A stretch of DNA of 64,000 bases from positions 63,118,001 to 63,182,000 of the forward strand of contig NW_024704743.1 of NCBI RefSeq assembly GCF_018977255.1, given 5' to 3'. Of this stretch, positions 61,119 to 64,000 are shown piece after piece. This DNA is from Callorhinchus milii. Its lineage: Eukaryota. Positions within the stretch are counted from its first letter, which is position 1. Each line of letters begins with the position of its first letter. The translations under genes and the position numbers were made by a program. The notes under the pieces were generated by a model, which was given only the letters and a program-made list of their open reading frames with translations, ran no database searches and was not told the origin of the DNA.

Positions 61119-61799
61119 CAATAATAGGTTTATTATTTATGCAGAACACAGGAGCTGGATGACTGTTTACATGCCCAGTGAACCTGGCTATAAGGGTTTG
61201 TAATAAGGATTTTATGGATCCCAACAACTGCCTCACAATAAGGCTGAATAGCCGTGGAAGGTCAGAACTGAACAATTCACTCACAAGTCAAAGTAACAGC
61301 AACCCTCACTCAATCTTGTCAGCATTGTTGACAGGCACTTTATTTCTGTCATATCTGAATCTGACCTGTGTCAGATATAAAGTGCTTTTATTTGACAGGC
61401 ACTTTATAGCTGAATCGGGTCTGATTCCTGGCTGACTGAGCTCGATCAAAATCTTCTCCTTCAGTCTGAGCAGATTGCAAAGCGAAGTATTGAGTGCAGT
61501 GACTTCATGTTGCAAAGTGGGCCTCTGTCTCTTCAAAGGCAAAGCGGCCTAAGTTACAGCCATGGAAAAATTCCTTAGGAATTTTAGGAATTCCCATTAC
61601 AGTATTTTCAACACTTATGACACAGCCACATGAGGTCTGGCCTGATTTGTATGGAGCAGGTTAAAGTTCACCTTCGCTAATGCATCTGGATGACAGATAT
61701 GAGGGAATGAGATAAACATTCGAAGAAGATGCATACAAAAGGGTCTAGGGAAAGGAAGAGTTGGGAATTGGGATTAGTTAGCTCCGTCGATGAGTTAGC

Positions 61800-62110
61800 A
61801 CAAATTCACCCATAAATCACTTCATGCCTACCTCTCAAGCCCGCTCACACCCCACCCCTTTATTCACCCTCTTCGTTCAAACCGGCTCCAGCCTTTTGCA
61901 CATTCCTCGTCCCCTGAACTCCACGATCAGTGGCAATGCTTTCAGCCCCTTTGTTAAGAAACTCTAACTCTCTGCCTCAATCCCTCTGCCTTGCTTCCTT
62001 TTTGCCCGTCTTCAGATGGCAAATGAAGACCTTCCTCTCCAACCATGCCTACGGTCACCTTCCCTTTCTCCCAGGGTCGCTATCAAGCTCCACCATTGTT
62101 AAACGCTCCA
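61800..62110 (+). mobile_element. Old L2 3' fragment
   Basis: CTCTGCCTCAATCCCTCTGCCTTGC...GAAGACCTTCCTCTCCAACCATGCCTACGGTCAC; similar to 28300-28460. Confidence 0.55.
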
Positions 62111-64000
62111 AGACAATATCCTGCATGTGTCAAATTGGACATCATATGCCTTGGCATTTTGGGAACAAGGATCTTTCCTAACTTTTACCTTCCTCCCACT
62201 TGCCGATAATTCACCTGCACAGGAAATTCCTGCCTGGGATAGTCAGCCAAATGTATACTCTCACAGCAGTGCACAAATCTATGGGGTACAATTAGAGTAA
62301 CACACTGCAGATGCTCTGCTCATGTCCCAGTCAGTGACTGGCTGTGGTGCTGACTTCATTCACCTTGAGTTGCAGCTGCTGAGCTGGTCTGCAATGCCTT
62401 GAACCAGTTGTCATATGGATCTCAGTGAGGTGCCAAATGCAACAACCCACAGAGCAAACACACAAAGCTTTAGTCTTTCAGATATATTCATTTTTAAGAT
62501 TTTGTTTTTTAATGAAATGACCATTCTCTGGATGAGTGAAAGGGTCAGATTTCAGATACATTTGCATAAGTCGAAACTTACAATCATGAGCTCTCATGAG
62601 CTCTTTCACCCCAAGAGTGCACTGGCTTTAACATCATGGCTAAGTCACACAGTATGTGAAGACAGAAATGTCACCGTAACTTGCAATAACTGTGTTTAAA
62701 CAACAAAGCAAACCTAATGGAAAACCAGGCCTGAGCAGTATGGTTTTGGTGGCACAGTCTCTATTGTGGAAAAATAGCATTAAAATTTCATAAAGGTAAG
62801 AGATAGCCTTTGCTGTAAATAAAAATGTTTAAAGTTTAAATGAAAGCCACTCTGCTGCCCCCAAACACAGTGCACAGACAAGGCAAAGAGAAGAGAGAAT
62901 AAATATTAACCTCTTCCTGAATTTTCACCTCGAGGCAGAAGCTTCTTTAGAGAAAGGGGAAAGCAAAATTGGGAACAAAAGCTTTTTTTAAAGAAAGTTG
63001 TAACAGACATTTGTGGGAAAGTCAGGAATGTGGCAGGCACGGAAATTGTTTGCTGTGTTTACGTTTGCATTTGCACTTTGTGAGAACTCTTAAGAAGCAG
63101 GGTTTTCAGCCTGTTCTGCAGTGTGTTACAGATAAGGAAGAGGAAGAGAAACCAACCAAGGCACAGACCCCAAACCTCCAGCTCATGACAAAAACTCTAA
63201 AAATAATTTATTTGGGTATTTTGATATTAAGCAAGACTTAACAGAGCTGAGGGTTATGTGCGCAACACACGTGCATTCAATCTCAATCAAACTCAGTTCT
63301 TCACAAAGTTTCTCCATAAACTGCTTACATTGAATTCAGTGAGGTTTAGTTTCTAATCCTGAATGAGTCAGAGTGGTTTAGTTAACTGGCTTCTAGCCAA
63401 GTGTCTTTGGGCTCTTGGATGAGGTACAGAGTGAGGGACCTACCACAGTTAAATACTGCTTCAGCTTAAAGGGCTGTGCCCACAATGGTTCAAGTGTCCA
63501 GCATGGACCTCTAACCGCATAGGGTGAGTCCTAGTCCAGGGGCTGTCTGTCATTCAAAGCTTTCGTGTGTACGTATTACTAACTTGTGGTTGGATCACTA
63601 CAGCCTGAGGATCACTTGTGGGAGAAAGTAACATTTATTGTTCGGGGGGAGGGAGGGGAATTAAAAAGAGAACAATGTGCATTATCCACCTCATATTGCA
63701 TGCTGGTCATTCCCGGACAGAGAAATTCCTGCAGCAGACTGTCCCATTCACAGTGAAAGGAGGATAGTCAGTGCTACTCAGTCATTCAAGGAAGAGAAAC
63801 AAGATCCAATGAAGAGAAACATCCATCTAGGGAAACAATTTTTTTTAAAAAGACACAGGACCACACCCACATAACACTGAAGGATGAGCGTGAAGAGTTT
63901 TGATGCTTGTCTGTGTTTCTATCCATCACATAGCAAGACTTTCTCAGTTTTACTGCACCTTCGGGGGTCTGTTCTAAAGTTCTGCTGGCCCTGTCATCTT

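Noticed and set aside
4500..64000. Exons of a neighbouring gene such as TGFBR1
   Set aside because: No kinase or other host-protein motifs in the ORF track; short exons under 60 aa could have been missed by eye.

Overview
Vertebrate nuclear DNA. The repeat set (tRNA-headed SINEs with L2-type tails ending (TTA)n, Deu-type SINEs, L2, CR1, Penelope) points to a cartilaginous fish, probably a chimaera; this is inferred, not proven. The only complete gene I can support is ALG2 (alpha-1,3/1,6-mannosyltransferase, 3169-4380, +), whose CDS is uninterrupted here. It starts in a CpG island that also holds a divergent Kozak-ATG followed at once by a splice donor (2688-2686, -), most likely exon 1 of SEC61B. 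The other ~59 kb has no recognisable host exons. It contains nested L2/CR1/SINE insertions, a Penelope remnant with a decayed hammerhead ribozyme, a TA-flanked MITE, minisatellites, a strong CTCF motif and several repeat-free, motif-dense blocks that look like enhancers. I found no clearly new protein-coding system. The best leads are the uninterrupted ALG2 CDS with its bidirectional promoter, the hammerhead relic, the modular SINE/L2 tail relationship and some unexplained structured non-coding elements. Repeat boundaries were read by eye and are approximate.
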